Assembly: GCA_964016885.1 (NCBI GenBank)
Contig: CAXHJY010000344.1
Span: 1-64,000 of the forward strand
DNA: 64,000 nucleotides
Direction: 5' to 3'
From: Eledone cirrhosa
Lineage: Eukaryota
Part shown: positions 1-13,195 of the stretch, piece after piece
Layout: each line of letters starts with the position of its first letter
Numbering within the stretch: position 1 is the first letter of the stretch
Notes under the pieces: generated by a model
The model's database searches: none
What the model was told of the DNA's origin: nothing
Seen by the model: only the letters and a program-made list of their open reading frames with translations
Translations under genes and position numbers: made by a program

Positions 1-1300
1 ACACACACACACACACACACAACACCCCAGCACACACACACACACTACTCAACACCCCACACACACACACACACAACACCCCACACACACACACACACAC
101 ACACAACACCTCACACACACGACCTCACACACACAACATCCCCACACACACACATCTCACACACAACACCCCACACACACACACACAACACCCCCACACA
201 CACCACACTACACCCCACACACACACACACATCACACACACTACACACCACACACACACACCTACACACACACACACACACACACACTACACACACACAC
301 ACACACTACACCACACACACAACACACCACTACACCACACTCACACACACAACTCACCACACACACACACACACACACCCACACACACACTCACACTCAC
401 ACACACACACACACACTCACACACCCACAGCACACACACCACACACACACCACACACACACACACACCACACACACACAACACACACACACACACAACCC
501 ACACACACACACACACTTACACCACACACACACTACACTACCACCACCACACACACACCACACACACACCACCCTACTACACACACACACACCCACACAC
601 CACACACACATCACACACCACTCCACACACCACACACACACTCACACTACACACACACACCCACAACCCACACACACACACACACAAACACCACACCCAC
701 TACACACACACACCACCCACACACACACGACACTCACCACCACACACACACACACTCACACCACACCCACCACACACACACACACTACCACACCACTCAC
801 CAATCACACACACTCACCACCCACACACCACACACACCACCCACACACTACACACACCACCCACACACACACACACACACACACTCACACACACACACCA
901 CACACCCACATCACACACACACACACACACACACACGACACTCACACACACACACACACACACCACACACTACACACACCACCCACACACACACACACAC
1001 ACACCCACACACACACACACACACCACCCACTCACACACCACACACACACACACACACCACACACACTCTACCACCACACACACACACACTCCACACACA
1101 CACACACACAACACCCCACACACACACACACCACCTACACACACACACACACACACCACTCACACACACACACCAGACACACACACACCACTCACACACA
1201 CTCACCACACACCACACTCACACACACACACACCACACTCACCACACACACACACACACAACCACCCACACACACACACACAGCAACACTCCCACACACA
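1..1300. repeat. Degenerate (CA)n microsatellite
   Basis: About 1.3 kb of noisy CA repeats. The C/V-rich ORFs here are artefacts. Confidence 0.95.
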
Positions 1301-1420
1301 CACCCGAGCTCCACAGCCTGACTCCCCACAAAATCCATACACAAAAACTACTAGTTACAGTACCCTATCCCATACCACCCTGCTCCCTCCATTCTCACAT
1401 GGCACTCATAACACCGCCCA

Positions 1421-2842
1421 TATAGTCGCGCAATGAAATTGGCGACCCTCGGAAGTTAAGAACACCTTTGCCTATCCTATGTTTACTTTCTCATAGCTAC
1501 TCTAGCAAATTTAGATTTGTACAATAAAATACTGATGTTATAACTGACATTTTTCTTTTTTCCCATTTTATTATTATGGGGAGAAAAAGAGATTTGAGTC
1601 CTACTAAACGGGCACGAATCGTCGAGTTGAGAAGTTGAATTTTTCCTTCCGCGTGATTTCTAAGATGACAACATGCAGCTCCACTGCTTGTATTCAAGCC
1701 TGGCGCGCTTGGGAACGTACAGGATCATACAAATCGAAGCCAAAACCAGGACCAAGTCGAAAAACGGACGATCGCCAGGATAGAGCGATTGGCCGGTCAT
1801 CAGAAAATAACAGAAAAAAGACTGCTGTCGAGATCTGCTCTGAAGTGAACACTTCCTACAACTCGGATATCTCAGTCAGAACTGTCCGTCGTCGTCTGCG
1901 CGAAATCGGACTCAATGGTCGCATCGCCAGACGTGTTCCGCTCATCTCACTCGCCAACCGTCGCAAACGACTTGCATTCGCATACAAATATCTCGCATGG
2001 ACACCCGCTGATTGGCGCAAAGTCCTATTTCAGATGAAAGTCTATTCACCATGGTCGGATCAGATGGCAAGACTTATGTCAGAAGGAGAACACGCGAGGA
2101 ATTCGATGATCGGTGTTCTCAAAAACGGTGAAACATGGTGGAAAATCGATCATGTTCTGGGGTGCATTTTCGGCTATGGGCACCGGTCCCCTTGTTCCCA
2201 TTTCCGGCAGTATGAACCAGAAAACTTATGTCAAGATCCTGGAAGACCATTTGGAGCCCTATGTTGATGAAAATATGCCTTTAAATTGGCAATTTGTGCA
2301 AGACAATGCCCTGTGTCATTCTGCAAAGTCGGTTAAGCAATTTTTTCATGAGAAAAAATGGAAGGTCATCGATTGGCCTCCTCAATCGCCAGACTTAAAT
2401 TGTATAGAAAACCTGTGGCATTTAATAAAGCGCGAAATTCGACATCAAACCCAAAAAACTTTCACGATCTGATGGCCACCATCAACCTGACATGGAACAA
2501 CTTCAGTTTGGACCAATGCATGAAATTAGTGGAAAGTATGCCTAGAAGATGTACTGCCGTGATCAAACAGAAAGGATATGCACCAAATATTGATTTCGAC
2601 CATAATTCGAGCATTAAATGAAATAAAATAAAAGTGTTCTTACTACCATGTCCGCCAAAATGTGGCTATAATTGCGTTAAAGAGTCATAAGAACTGGCCT
2701 ATTTGACTAATTGGCTTAATAACAGAGATAGCGATAGAGAAATTATTTCTCTTTCTTTAGGTATATTGCAAAGTTGCAGAACGAAATATCAAAAAAGTTA
2801 CATGCAAAATAAAAAGTGTTCTTACTTCCATGTCCTCCACTG
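1421..2842 (+). mobile_element. Tc1-family DNA transposon
   Basis: The right end (aaaaagtgttcttacttccatgtcctccactg, 2811-2842) is followed by TA. An inner direct repeat of it lies at 2630-2657. A degenerate inverted match (ggaagttaagaacac) lies at 1451-1465. The element encloses a Tc1 transposase. The left boundary is approximate. Confidence 0.85.
1576..2593 (+). pseudogene. Tc1 DD34E transposase, frameshifted as assembled
   Basis: Starts MGRKRDLS (ATG 1576). Contains the HTH motif SVRTVRRRL, WRKVLF(S)DES, TVKHGG..IMFWG, QDNA-x34-E (WPPQSPDLNCIENLW) and ends KGY(A)TKY*. Five -1 frameshifts; about 340 aa when repaired. Confidence 0.92.
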
Positions 2843-3660
2843 TATATACTAATATATATATATATATACTAAATATATATATATATATATATACTAAATA
2901 TATATATATATATATATACTAAATATATATATATATATATACTAAATATATATATATATATATATACTAAATATATATATATATATATATACTAAATATA
3001 TATATATATATATATATACTAAATATATATATATATATATATATACTAAATATATATATATATACTAAATATATATATATATATATATACTAAATATATA
3101 TATATATATATATACTAAATATATATATATATATATATACTAAATATATATATATATATATATACTAAATATATATATATATATATACTAAATATATATA
3201 TATATACTAAATATATATATATATACTAAATATATATATATATATACTAAATATATATATATATATACTAAATATATATATATATACTAAATATATATAT
3301 ATATATATACTAAACATATATATATATACTAAACATATATATATATATATACTAAATATATATATATATACTAAATATATATATATATATATACTAAATA
3401 TATATATATATATATACTAAATATATATATATATACTAAATATAATATATATATATATACTAAATATATATATATATATACTAAATATATATATATATAT
3501 ATATACTAAATATATATATATATATATATATATACTAAATATATATATATATATATATACTAAATATATATATATATATATACTAAATATATATATATAC
3601 TAAATATATATATATACTAAATATATATATATACTAAATATATATATATACTAAATATAC

Positions 3661-3707
<47 letters not shown>

Positions 3708-3751
3708 TAAATATATATATATACTAAATATATATATATATACTAAATATA
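2843..3751. repeat. (TA)n satellite punctuated by CTAAA
   Basis: Units of ctaaa+(ta)n. The same satellite resumes at 7041-7176 and 8283-9056. Confidence 0.95.
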
Positions 3752-6700
3752 TCATCATCATCATCATCATTTTACGTCCGCTTTTCCCTGCTTGCAAGGG
3801 TGGGACGAGTCTTATTCAGCACAGCATCTCTCCACTCGTCACGGTCCCTCGTCATCTCCACCGTGAGCTTCAATGATCTGAGGTCTGTTCTCACCACCAC
3901 CGCCCATGTTTTTCGTGGTCTACCTCTACCACGTCTTCCTTCAACTGGCATTTCCTGGCACTTCTTCACCCATCGGTCATCCTCCATGCGCATCACATGT
4001 CCATACCACCTCAGTCTCCTCTCCCGTACACTACATTCTATCCCTCTCAGACAGTTTCTCTCTCAACACATTTATGCTGGGTCGTTCACGCACATTTACA
4101 CTGCACATCCAACGGAGCATGCTTGCCTCATTTCTCTCCAGCCGTCGCATATCTTCTGCGGTAGCTGCCCATGTCTCACTACCATGCAGCATCGCGCTCC
4201 TCACACAGGCATCATACAACCGGCCTTTCGTACGCAGGGAGAAACCCTTCTTCGTCAACAGAGGAAGCAGCTCCCTAAACTTCTTCCAACCCGTCCTTAT
4301 TCTAGATACTATGGCCTCGGAACACCCTCCTCCCATGCTAATCTGATCTCCTAGGTACCGGAAGCTATCCACCACTTCTATAGCGCCCTCTCGCATTTGA
4401 AAAATGTGTCTATCAGTGCGACTTCTACTGTCTAATTTCCCTGTACATCTACTGCATACATAGTTCTCCCTACCTGTTAGTTTGCCTGCTATCCCGCTAC
4501 ATCTCTTGTGTACCCAGGACCTACATTGTGTGCATTTTATAGAATTTATGCCAGTTCCTTTTCTGCATATCGAACATGGCCATTTCCCTGACGGAATCAG
4601 GGTTTTGTCCTCTTTTCTACTCATCAACACTTTTGTCTTAGCTAGATTTACTCTCAGTCCTCTTGCTTCCAACTGCTGTTTCCATAGCCGGAATTTATTC
4701 TCTAGCTCCTCTACTGATTCTGCCATAAGAGCCAGATCGTCAGCATAGAGAAGTTCCCATGGACAGCCAGTCTTAAACTCCTCTGTTATGGCTTGGAGGA
4801 CTATAATGAACAAGAGCGGGCTGAGGACCGATCCCTGATGTACTCCTACTTGTATCTGGAATTCCTCACTAAACTCCATTCCTACCCTGACTTTACTGAG
4901 AGTACCTCTGTACAAAGTTTGCACTGTCCTTACAAGCCATTCCTCAACACCCAGCTTCCTTAGGGACCACCAGATGACAGATCGGGGTACCCTATCAAAG
5001 GCCTTCTCTAGGTCAACAAAGGCTAAGTATAGTGGCTTATTCTTCTCTAAGAACCTCTCTTGCATTTGTCTCACCAAGAAGAGGGCATCTGTTGTACTCT
5101 TCCCAGGCACAAAACCAAACTGCATCTCATCTAGTTTGACCCTTTCTCTAATTAGTTGTGCTAAAATCCTTTCTGCCACTTTCATAACCTGATCTATCAG
5201 TTTTATACCCCTATAATTGCTCCTCTCCAAAGCATCCCCTTTACCTTTGTAGCAATTTATGAGAATACTGCTGCACCAGTCTTTGGGTATGACACCACCA
5301 TATATAGCCTGATTGATTATGCGTGCAACCAGTTTAGTGCCTACGTCCCCTGATGCCTTCAGCATCTCAGCAACTATTCCCGATGGTCCGGCCGCCTTAC
5401 CATTTTTCATTTCCCTAATCGCCTCTTGGACCCTATATTCGTCAATCTCAATAGCTGGTCCCTCTGTCGGATCTACCAAGGGTAATTTCTCTCTCTCCCA
5501 TTCGTTCTCCACATTCATCAGTCTCTCATAATGACATTTCCAGGCCTCCTTTTTCTGGTCATTCGTGACACTAAGTACACCGGCATCATCCCGGACACAT
5601 TTATCACCAACAACATCCTGATTTGCATTGACACACTGCCTTGCAATGTGGAACACCGCACGCCTCTGATCTTCCCGTCGCAGAACATTGGCAAACCTCC
5701 TACTCTCTGCCTCCCTGCGTGCTAAGTACACCTGACGTCTAGCTTCTCTCTTAGTGGCTGTATATTCTTCCCTACTCCCACCCTTATTCCAAGCCTTCCA
5801 TGCTAGTCTTTTGTCTCTAATAGCCTTATCTACACTGCTGTTCCACCACCAGGTCACTCTCTGTCTGGTTGGAGCTCTGCTCCAGCCACAGGTTTCATCA
5901 GTAGCCTTTAGCAAGTTGTCACGTAAGAACTTCCAGTTATTATCTATGTCATACGTCTCTAAATCGTCTTCTTTTTAGGCTTTCCTAAATTTGAATTTTA
6001 GTGAAAGGTCTTTTAGCTTCCAGACCTTTCTTCTCCACACCTTCCTATATGTCTCATTCCATCTCTTGCTTACTGAGATATCACTAACAACTAACCTATG
6101 CTGTGGGGTACATTCTTCCCCAGGGTATGCCTTGGTATTAGACACTATCTGCCTGTCCCGCTGCCTAACTAGCAGGAAGTCAATCTGGCTTATGTGCTCA
6201 CCAGATTTGTAGGTTATTAGGTGATTGGCAGGTTTCTGGAAGTTTGTGTTGCAAATAGTCAATGTACTTGCATCACAAAATTCAAGAAGTCTCACTCCTT
6301 CTTCATTTCTTGAACCGTAACCGTGCCCACCATGTACCCCAGTGTAACCATCCTGGAGCTGTCCAACATGACCATTGAAGTCTCCTGCTAGCATAACGAT
6401 GTCTCCGTCCTCTGTCATTGTGGTTGTTTGCAAAAGTTGCTCATAAAAGCAGTCTTTCTCATCTTTGCCTAGGCCTGCTTGGGGAGCATAGACCGAGATG
6501 ATTGTCAGTAGTCTCCTACCTACAACTAATCTAAGCTTAATTATTCGATTACTAACTCGAACTACCTCTATTGTCTTATTGATCCATTTCTCAGCCAGGA
6601 AAATGCCTACTCCCCCTAACCCATCATCCTTACCTACCCAGAATAGCTTATAGCTAAGACGCTTGCCTACGACTAGTCTCGCAGAGGCACCCCTCCATCT

Positions 6701-7010
6701 CACCTCTTGCACGCAGCACACATCCACCTGCCTTCTCTCCAGCATCTCCGCTATTTCAGCAGACCTACCTCTGAGAGTGCCAACATTAAGTGTTGCAACT
6801 CTGAGATGCGACGTCTTCATATTTTCTATGCTGTTTTGTTGCTGTGCTGATAAGCTTTTTGGCGTTGATACACTGGTTGGATGCCCTTCCTAACACCAGC
6901 GCCACTTTACAGCATGGACTGGGTGCTTTTATTTGTGCCACCAGCACTAGAGAGGATGTCTTACTAGACTCAAGGGCCCTCTCTACCCCTCCGTTTTACA
7001 GCATCGTCAT

Positions 7011-7015
<5 letters not shown>
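3752..7015 (-). mobile_element. Near full-length RTE-clade LINE
   Basis: Single APE+RT reading frame, 5' UTR at about 6821-7015, and a (GAT)n 3' tail at 3752-3770. Inserted into the TA/CTAAA satellite. Confidence 0.95.
3772..6820 (-). pseudogene. RTE ORF: AP endonuclease + reverse transcriptase with PHD-like insert
   Basis: APE motifs TLNVGTL, CVQEVRW, SVYAPQ, GDFNGH, IDFLLV. RT motifs NYRGIKL, FVDLEKAFD, GVHQGSVLSPLLF, LLYADDL, FRYLG. C-terminus RLRWYGHVMRM...GRRGRGRPRKTW. One in-frame TAA at 5975-5977 and one frameshift near 4050. Confidence 0.93.
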
Positions 7016-7045
<30 letters not shown>

Positions 7046-7137
7046 CTAAATATATATATATACTAAATATATACTAAATATATATATATATACTAAATAT
7101 ATACTATATATATATATATATATATATACTAAATATA

Positions 7138-7181
<44 letters not shown>

Positions 7182-7224
7182 GGAAAGAAGGTTTACATGG
7201 TTTGCTATACAAAAAAGTTTTTAA

Positions 7225-7343
7225 TCACATAGCTTACATTTGTTTCACTGAACTGGTATGTCTAGAGATCGCTATTCGCTTAATTTTGCGTTACTCGATC
7301 GCCAATACAGAATTATAACCAGTCAGATCTTCGGAGCATGCGA
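7225..7343 (-). ncRNA. Type I hammerhead-like ribozyme, CCGAAGA core, long stem II
   Basis: Inverted copy of the 7970-8063 motif with 25 extra nt in the stem II extension. Confidence 0.6.
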
Positions 7344-7969
7344 GAATGAAGAAAATACACAGGCAAGAAAAGAAAAGAAAATACAGGCTACTATATGAAG
7401 TAGTAATGGCATTCAATTAGAACAATAACAACAATTACAACAATGCTATCAATAAACTATTTAAGGAGACCCTGACATTACTTAGGTGGGTGGTATATAA
7501 TGTATCTAATGTTACGGCGTGTAAAACTAGCTGTCATAAGGCAAAATGAAGCGTTGGCATGTACAAAGTATCGTAGTGTATATCAATTTTAAATTATAAA
7601 GATAAGCTAGTTTTTACAGTCTTTCTCTTCATCTTCAACAGTATACATGAGTGGGACCACTGTCAAAGCTAAATAGTTGTTGAGTTAATACAGAGGTTAA
7701 CCAATTAATATACGCATATATTTACGCACACACACATACACATATATATATATACACATATATACACATGCATGTGTACATAGACACATACATACACATC
7801 AATATACGCTCGTACAAAAATATACATACATGCAAAGAGAGGGTCTCCTTAAATAGTTTATTGATAGCATTGTTGTAATTGTTGTTATTGTTCTAATTGA
7901 ATGCCATTACTACTTCATATAGTAGCCTGTATTTTCTTTTCTTTTCTTGCCTGTGTATTTTCTTCATTC

Positions 7970-8063
7970 TCGCATGCTCCGAAGATCTGACTGGTAACGC
8001 AAAATTAAGCGGATAGCGATCTCTAGACATACCAGTTCAGTGAAACAAATGTAAGCTATGTGA
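7970..8063 (+). ncRNA. Type I hammerhead-like ribozyme, CCGAAGA core, long stem II
   Basis: Stem I tcgcatgct/agctatgtga. Core CCGAAGA at 7979-7985. Stem II ctgactggt/accagttcag. GAAA at 8042-8045. Stem III AC-aaat-GT. GUA site at 8053. Confidence 0.62.
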
Positions 8064-8282
8064 TTAAAAACTTTTTTGTATAGCAAACCATGTAAACCTT
8101 CTTTCCTGATTTATTATTACTCCAAGTGTTTACAACATAGGAATTACGGCATACCCGCAGCATCACTATGAAAACGCCTTGTTGAGTCAAACCAAGCCAA
8201 GCGTTAATATCATCCACTACCTGGAATACCATAACTGGACTTCACCTAAGTGGACTGCATTTAACTATTATTTGTTAATCCG

Positions 8283-9025
8283 TATATATATATATACTAA
8301 ATATATATATATATACTAAATATATACTATATATATATATATATACTAAATATATACTATATATATATATATATACTAAATATATACTATATATATATAT
8401 ATATACTAAATATATACTATATATATATATATATATACTAAATATATATATACTAAATATATACTATATATATATATATATACTAAATATATATATACTA
8501 AATATATACTATATATATATATATATACTAAATATATACTATATATATATATATATATACTAAATATATATATACTAAATATATACTATATATATATATA
8601 TATACTAAATATATACTATATATATATATATATACTAAATATATACTATATATATATATATATATATACTAAATATATACTATATATATATATATATATA
8701 TACTAAATATATACTATATATATATATATATACTAAATATATACTATATATATATATATATACTAAATATATACTATATATATATATATATATATATACT
8801 AAATATATACTATATATATATATATATACTAAATATATACTATATATATATATATATATACTAAATATATACTATATATATATATATATATACTAAATAT
8901 ATACTATATATATATATATATATATACTAAATATATACTATATATATATATATATACTAAATATATACTATATATATATATATACTAAATATATACTATA
9001 TATATATATATATATACTAAATATA

Positions 9026-9056
<31 letters not shown>
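8283..9056. repeat. (TA)n/CTAAA satellite
   Basis: Units of ctaaatatatactatata(ta)n. Confidence 0.95.
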
Positions 9057-9059
<3 letters not shown>

Positions 9060-9256
9060 TTAAGGATACTATTTATGGTTATGTATATACTAAAACCTTT
9101 TATAGTTATATATATATTAAACCCTAAATAGTGAAAGACAGTAATTTATTACTACCTTATTACCATTAAGATAAATAGCTCAATGTAATAACATCAGTTG
9201 TTCTACAGAGCAGTTATATAGAAAGGAAGTCAAGTATGTAATCAATCATTGAAAAA

Positions 9257-9305
9257 TTGCTTCGAAGACTCCAAACCTCGGCTTGGAAGAAACAATTGTA
9301 AGCGA
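9257..9305 (+). ncRNA. Type I hammerhead-like ribozyme, TCGAAGA core
   Basis: Stem I ttgct/agcga. TCGAAGA at 9262-9268. Stem II tccaa/ttgga. GAAA at 9289-9292. Palindromic ACAATTGT. GUA site at 9300, followed by AATAAA. Confidence 0.55.
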
Positions 9306-9363
9306 ATAAATGGTTTAAACAGAACTTTGATTCATGTAATTTCTATAATTTCTATATATATAC

Positions 9364-9398
<35 letters not shown>

Positions 9399-10067
9399 CT
9401 TTCTATCTACTTACTCTTTCAAATTTTGTGTTCTATGTCAAACCTTCATTTTCTATATTGATGTTTTTATTCAATGCTAACTCATAACATCCAGTAATGA
9501 TTTCATAGAAAATATCTAATAACAGGTTTGTTAAGTCAAATCTTTATAGAACCCTTACTGATGTACAGATAGATCACTGTGAAAATGTACAGTATTAGAA
9601 TAAATAATAATATTTTAATGTAATTCAGTCATAGTTTTTTATTTTGTACTTTTCAACATTGTCTTGCTAATGTGGTATCATGTTATACAGAATGTTAAGT
9701 GGTAAACAGCTAGCCTGTACATTGGAAGTCTCAGAAAATACCATATATACTAGAATAATAGTTGATCTCATGTAAAATTTGACCGCCTTTTTATGGCTAT
9801 AAAATATGGAATTTACCATAGACTTCATATAAAAGTCATGTTTCACAGATAACAGGTTAACATTTATCAAGATATCATTCTGTACATAAAAATAACACTG
9901 TTACAAAATCGTCTTGAATTTAAGACAACTTTATATTATTACAAATATATATCTGAAACTAAAAATATACCGAAACAGTTCGATGGATATGTGTAAAAGA
10001 ACAAGTGTAAGTATTTATAAGAGCTACGTGGTTTTAGCCATGTGTTTTGATGCATAGAAATTGGTAA

Positions 10068-10260
10068 TAATTGTTTCTACTTTTGGCACAAGGCCAGCAA
10101 TTATCTCAGTACATTACTGGTACTTTATTTTATCGACTCCGTAAGGATGAAAGGCAAAGTTAACCTCGGCGGGATTTGAACTCAGATCATAAAGGGCAGT
10201 AACTCTTTGCTGCTAAGCATGGTGTCTGACTTTCTACCGATACTGCCAATCCCCTGCCCT
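10068..10260 (-). mobile_element. tRNA-derived SINE family A
   Basis: A box TGGCAGTATCGG, B box GAGTTCAAATCC, body gcctttcatccttacggggtcgataaaataaagtaccag, tail agtagaaacaat. About 25 full or partial copies occur in the window. Confidence 0.85.
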
Positions 10261-12954
10261 TGGGAATTGGTAATAATACTGTAATTCATTGTGTTTTTGT
10301 TTTTATCTGTTTAGAGATCAATTGAGCTTCTGCTTTTGATTCTACTTTGAATTTCAAGCCCCTAAAAGGTAGTATCCATGTATTAGTCGACCCCATAAAT
10401 TTAACCTTAAAAAATAGTCTAAAATTTCGACTTCTACAGGAATATATACAGTATATCTATATATTAAAAATCTAAATGCAATGCTGACATATGGCAGCAA
10501 AGGCCTGTGTATTAAAGTATCTTATAACTTTACATCAACAGCAAGAACTAGATAAATAGATGCAGTACTCTTTTTACTCTTTACTGGTTTAGTCAGACTG
10601 CAGCCTTGCTGGGGCACTGCCATGATTTAGTCAATCATATTGGCCCCATTATTTTTTTCTGGTCCATATTTTATCGATCCTCTTTTGTTGAATCGCTAAG
10701 TTATGGAGCACACACACAGAGGCTTCTGCAGTTTCCATGTATCAAATTCCACTCAGAAAGCATTGGCCAACCCTAAGTTATAGAAGATACTTGTTCAAGA
10801 TGCTGCACAGCAAGATTGTACCCAGGACCACATGATTGCAAAATGAACTCTTTAACCACACAGTCACAGCTATGCCAGTAGCAATGTTCATTACATGGCA
10901 AATTAGCCAAGAATTTGATGATTGTTTCCCAAACTTCAACTTTAACACCTCCATTCTCCGAGGAGATCCATTATAGGCATGTGTGGCGGTGGGTGGGGGT
11001 AGGAGGCAATTAAAGAACAATAACTAGGTAAGGTGATTAATAACCTATTCACACACAGAAAAAAGGAAGTACCTTGATTATTAGTTGACATATTGTGTCT
11101 ATTCTGAAGAAAAGGCCTTGAGGGAGGAATTACAAAATTACAGAGCCAAATTCTTTCTTTCTAGTTGATGAAGTGTCATATCAAAATATCCCTATTTATG
11201 TCTTGGGGGCTCTATCAACAGGATTTGGTCATAACCTTTTAACCCTTTCCTTAACATATTTCTAATGACATACACGTATTGGAATTAATTAAAGAATTTC
11301 AAGGGATTTACTTAAATTATTATTTCATTAAGATAGTATTAGACATATAAAACTTTTTTTTATAATAAATGATGTTAAAAGGTTTTAATTTAAACAGGAA
11401 GCCTTTATTCTATTTTTTTTTTTTTTTTTTTTTTTTTCATAGAAAAAGGAGCAGTTTTGAGGCAGGTTGGTCTCAAAAGATTTTAAAGGAAATCTCTAGA
11501 AGATAACAGATTTTGGCAGAGTTCAGAATTGTAATTGAGATGGAATTTTGAAAATGAGAAAGCCATTTTATTGTTGCCAAGAGGAAAATCCCATTTCTAA
11601 ATTGATAATTGAAATGTTCATTTTGACATATTCTCACATTACATAGCTTAATTTTTAGTTATGAGATTTAGTAATTAGCAAGAAATGAAGTATTGGGGTT
11701 AGTGGGGTAGGGATAACATTTGAACCAGCAATCTTAGATTTCTTAATCAGTGTCTCCTTGAAGATTATGTTGATTGTTCTTCGTCTTGAAAAGAAGGTGA
11801 TAAAATACTTATTACTAATATTATGGAATATTAAACCAAATAAACAAGAATATGTCTGTCTAATTAATTAAAGTTAATTAAAAGTGTTGATAAATACAAG
11901 ATACAAGATTTAACCATTCCGTTACCATATTTCTAATGAAAGACACTGCCTACTATCTTCAAATAATTTTGGAAATAATCAAGAATTTGTCATGATTTAT
12001 AAACATAGCTAACGTTCTCATTATTAAGTTGATGTTTGGAACTTACAGGATCTTACATAAAATTATGACAGATGGAACTTGCCAGATCAGACCCAAGAAA
12101 TAATGTTTCCAATTTCTGATACTATCTACTGGTCACAACTCCCGACAGAATAGCAACATGAAATAAAATGTCTTGCTCAAAGACACATCGCCCAGCCCAG
12201 GAATCGAACTTACAACCTCACAATTGTGAATCCAACTCTCTATCCACTAAGCTACATGCCTTCAGTTTTACATCGTTGAACCAGGGGTGGTTTAGTATCA
12301 AAAAGATTAACACTTAACAAGCTAAAAAATAGAATTTCTAACTCAAATGTTTCCATCCTATTATGGATTTTACATAGTTTTTCTTGGGCGGGGTGGTTGA
12401 AATATATCTATATAAGTGCATTGACAGGAGAGAATGTGACATCTAACCAACAAACCTGACACCTAGCTCTAACTAGGTGAACCATTTCATTAACATTTCA
12501 TTCACTCATTTACATTATCATCAGCAGCAGCAACATCATTATTATTTTACATAAAAATACTTGTCAAAAATATTGTTAAGAGCAGAACAGATAACATCAA
12601 CTATGTTATTTATAATTCAGAGAAACTATGGTTGATAAATGAGTCCATCTGTAACAGTTAAGTGGAATTAAGATGGCATGCTAGCTGGACCTGAAAGACC
12701 AGTGAGCTGAATTTAGTAGTATTAATGTTCGTGAGGAGAAGAGATGTTGTTGTTTGTGCTGTTTCACTTATCTGATGACAACATTGACTGATGTTGTTGT
12801 TGACGTTGTAGTTATTGTTGCTATTGTTTTCAACCACAATGCACTGAAAGGTGAAAATGAACAAGCCACACCCTCCTCCAAACCACACCCTCTTCCAAAC
12901 CACACCCTTCCTGTAGACTCTTATTCAACATATGCCAATAGCTATTCCATATGA

Positions 12955-13195
12955 AGATATGTGATCTAGTGGTTAGGGTCTTTGACTAAAGATCATAAGG
13001 TTGTGGGTTCAATTCTCGGACCAGGTAAGGTGTTGTGTTCTCATCCACTCAAGTAATCATGAGTACCAGCAGTAGCTAGGGGTTAACCCTGCAATGGATT
13101 GGTCTCCTGTCCAGGGGGAAGTGTCTTGTACTTTCAGTTGTTTAACATCAATGAAACCTGGATAAATACTGGCCTGAAGAACCACCAAGCTTGGG
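12955..13195 (+). mobile_element. tRNA-derived SINE (family B head)
   Basis: Head ctagtggttagggt...gggttcaattct followed by tgttgtgttc. Confidence 0.65.

Larger units (their letters stand above)
7178..8282. mobile_element. Non-coding HHR-bearing element with inverted arms (Penelope-like pseudo-LTR arrangement)
   Basis: 7178-7473 is the reverse complement of 7840-8110 apart from a 25-nt indel and one substitution that I saw. Each arm carries an HHR fold. Flanked by (TA)n. Confidence 0.7.

Noticed and set aside
3800-6893. Plus-strand ORFs over the LINE
   Set aside because: Antisense shadows of the RTE coding frame.
10315-10368. Possible small exon with good acceptor and donor
   Set aside because: Stops in all three frames and no partner exons identified.
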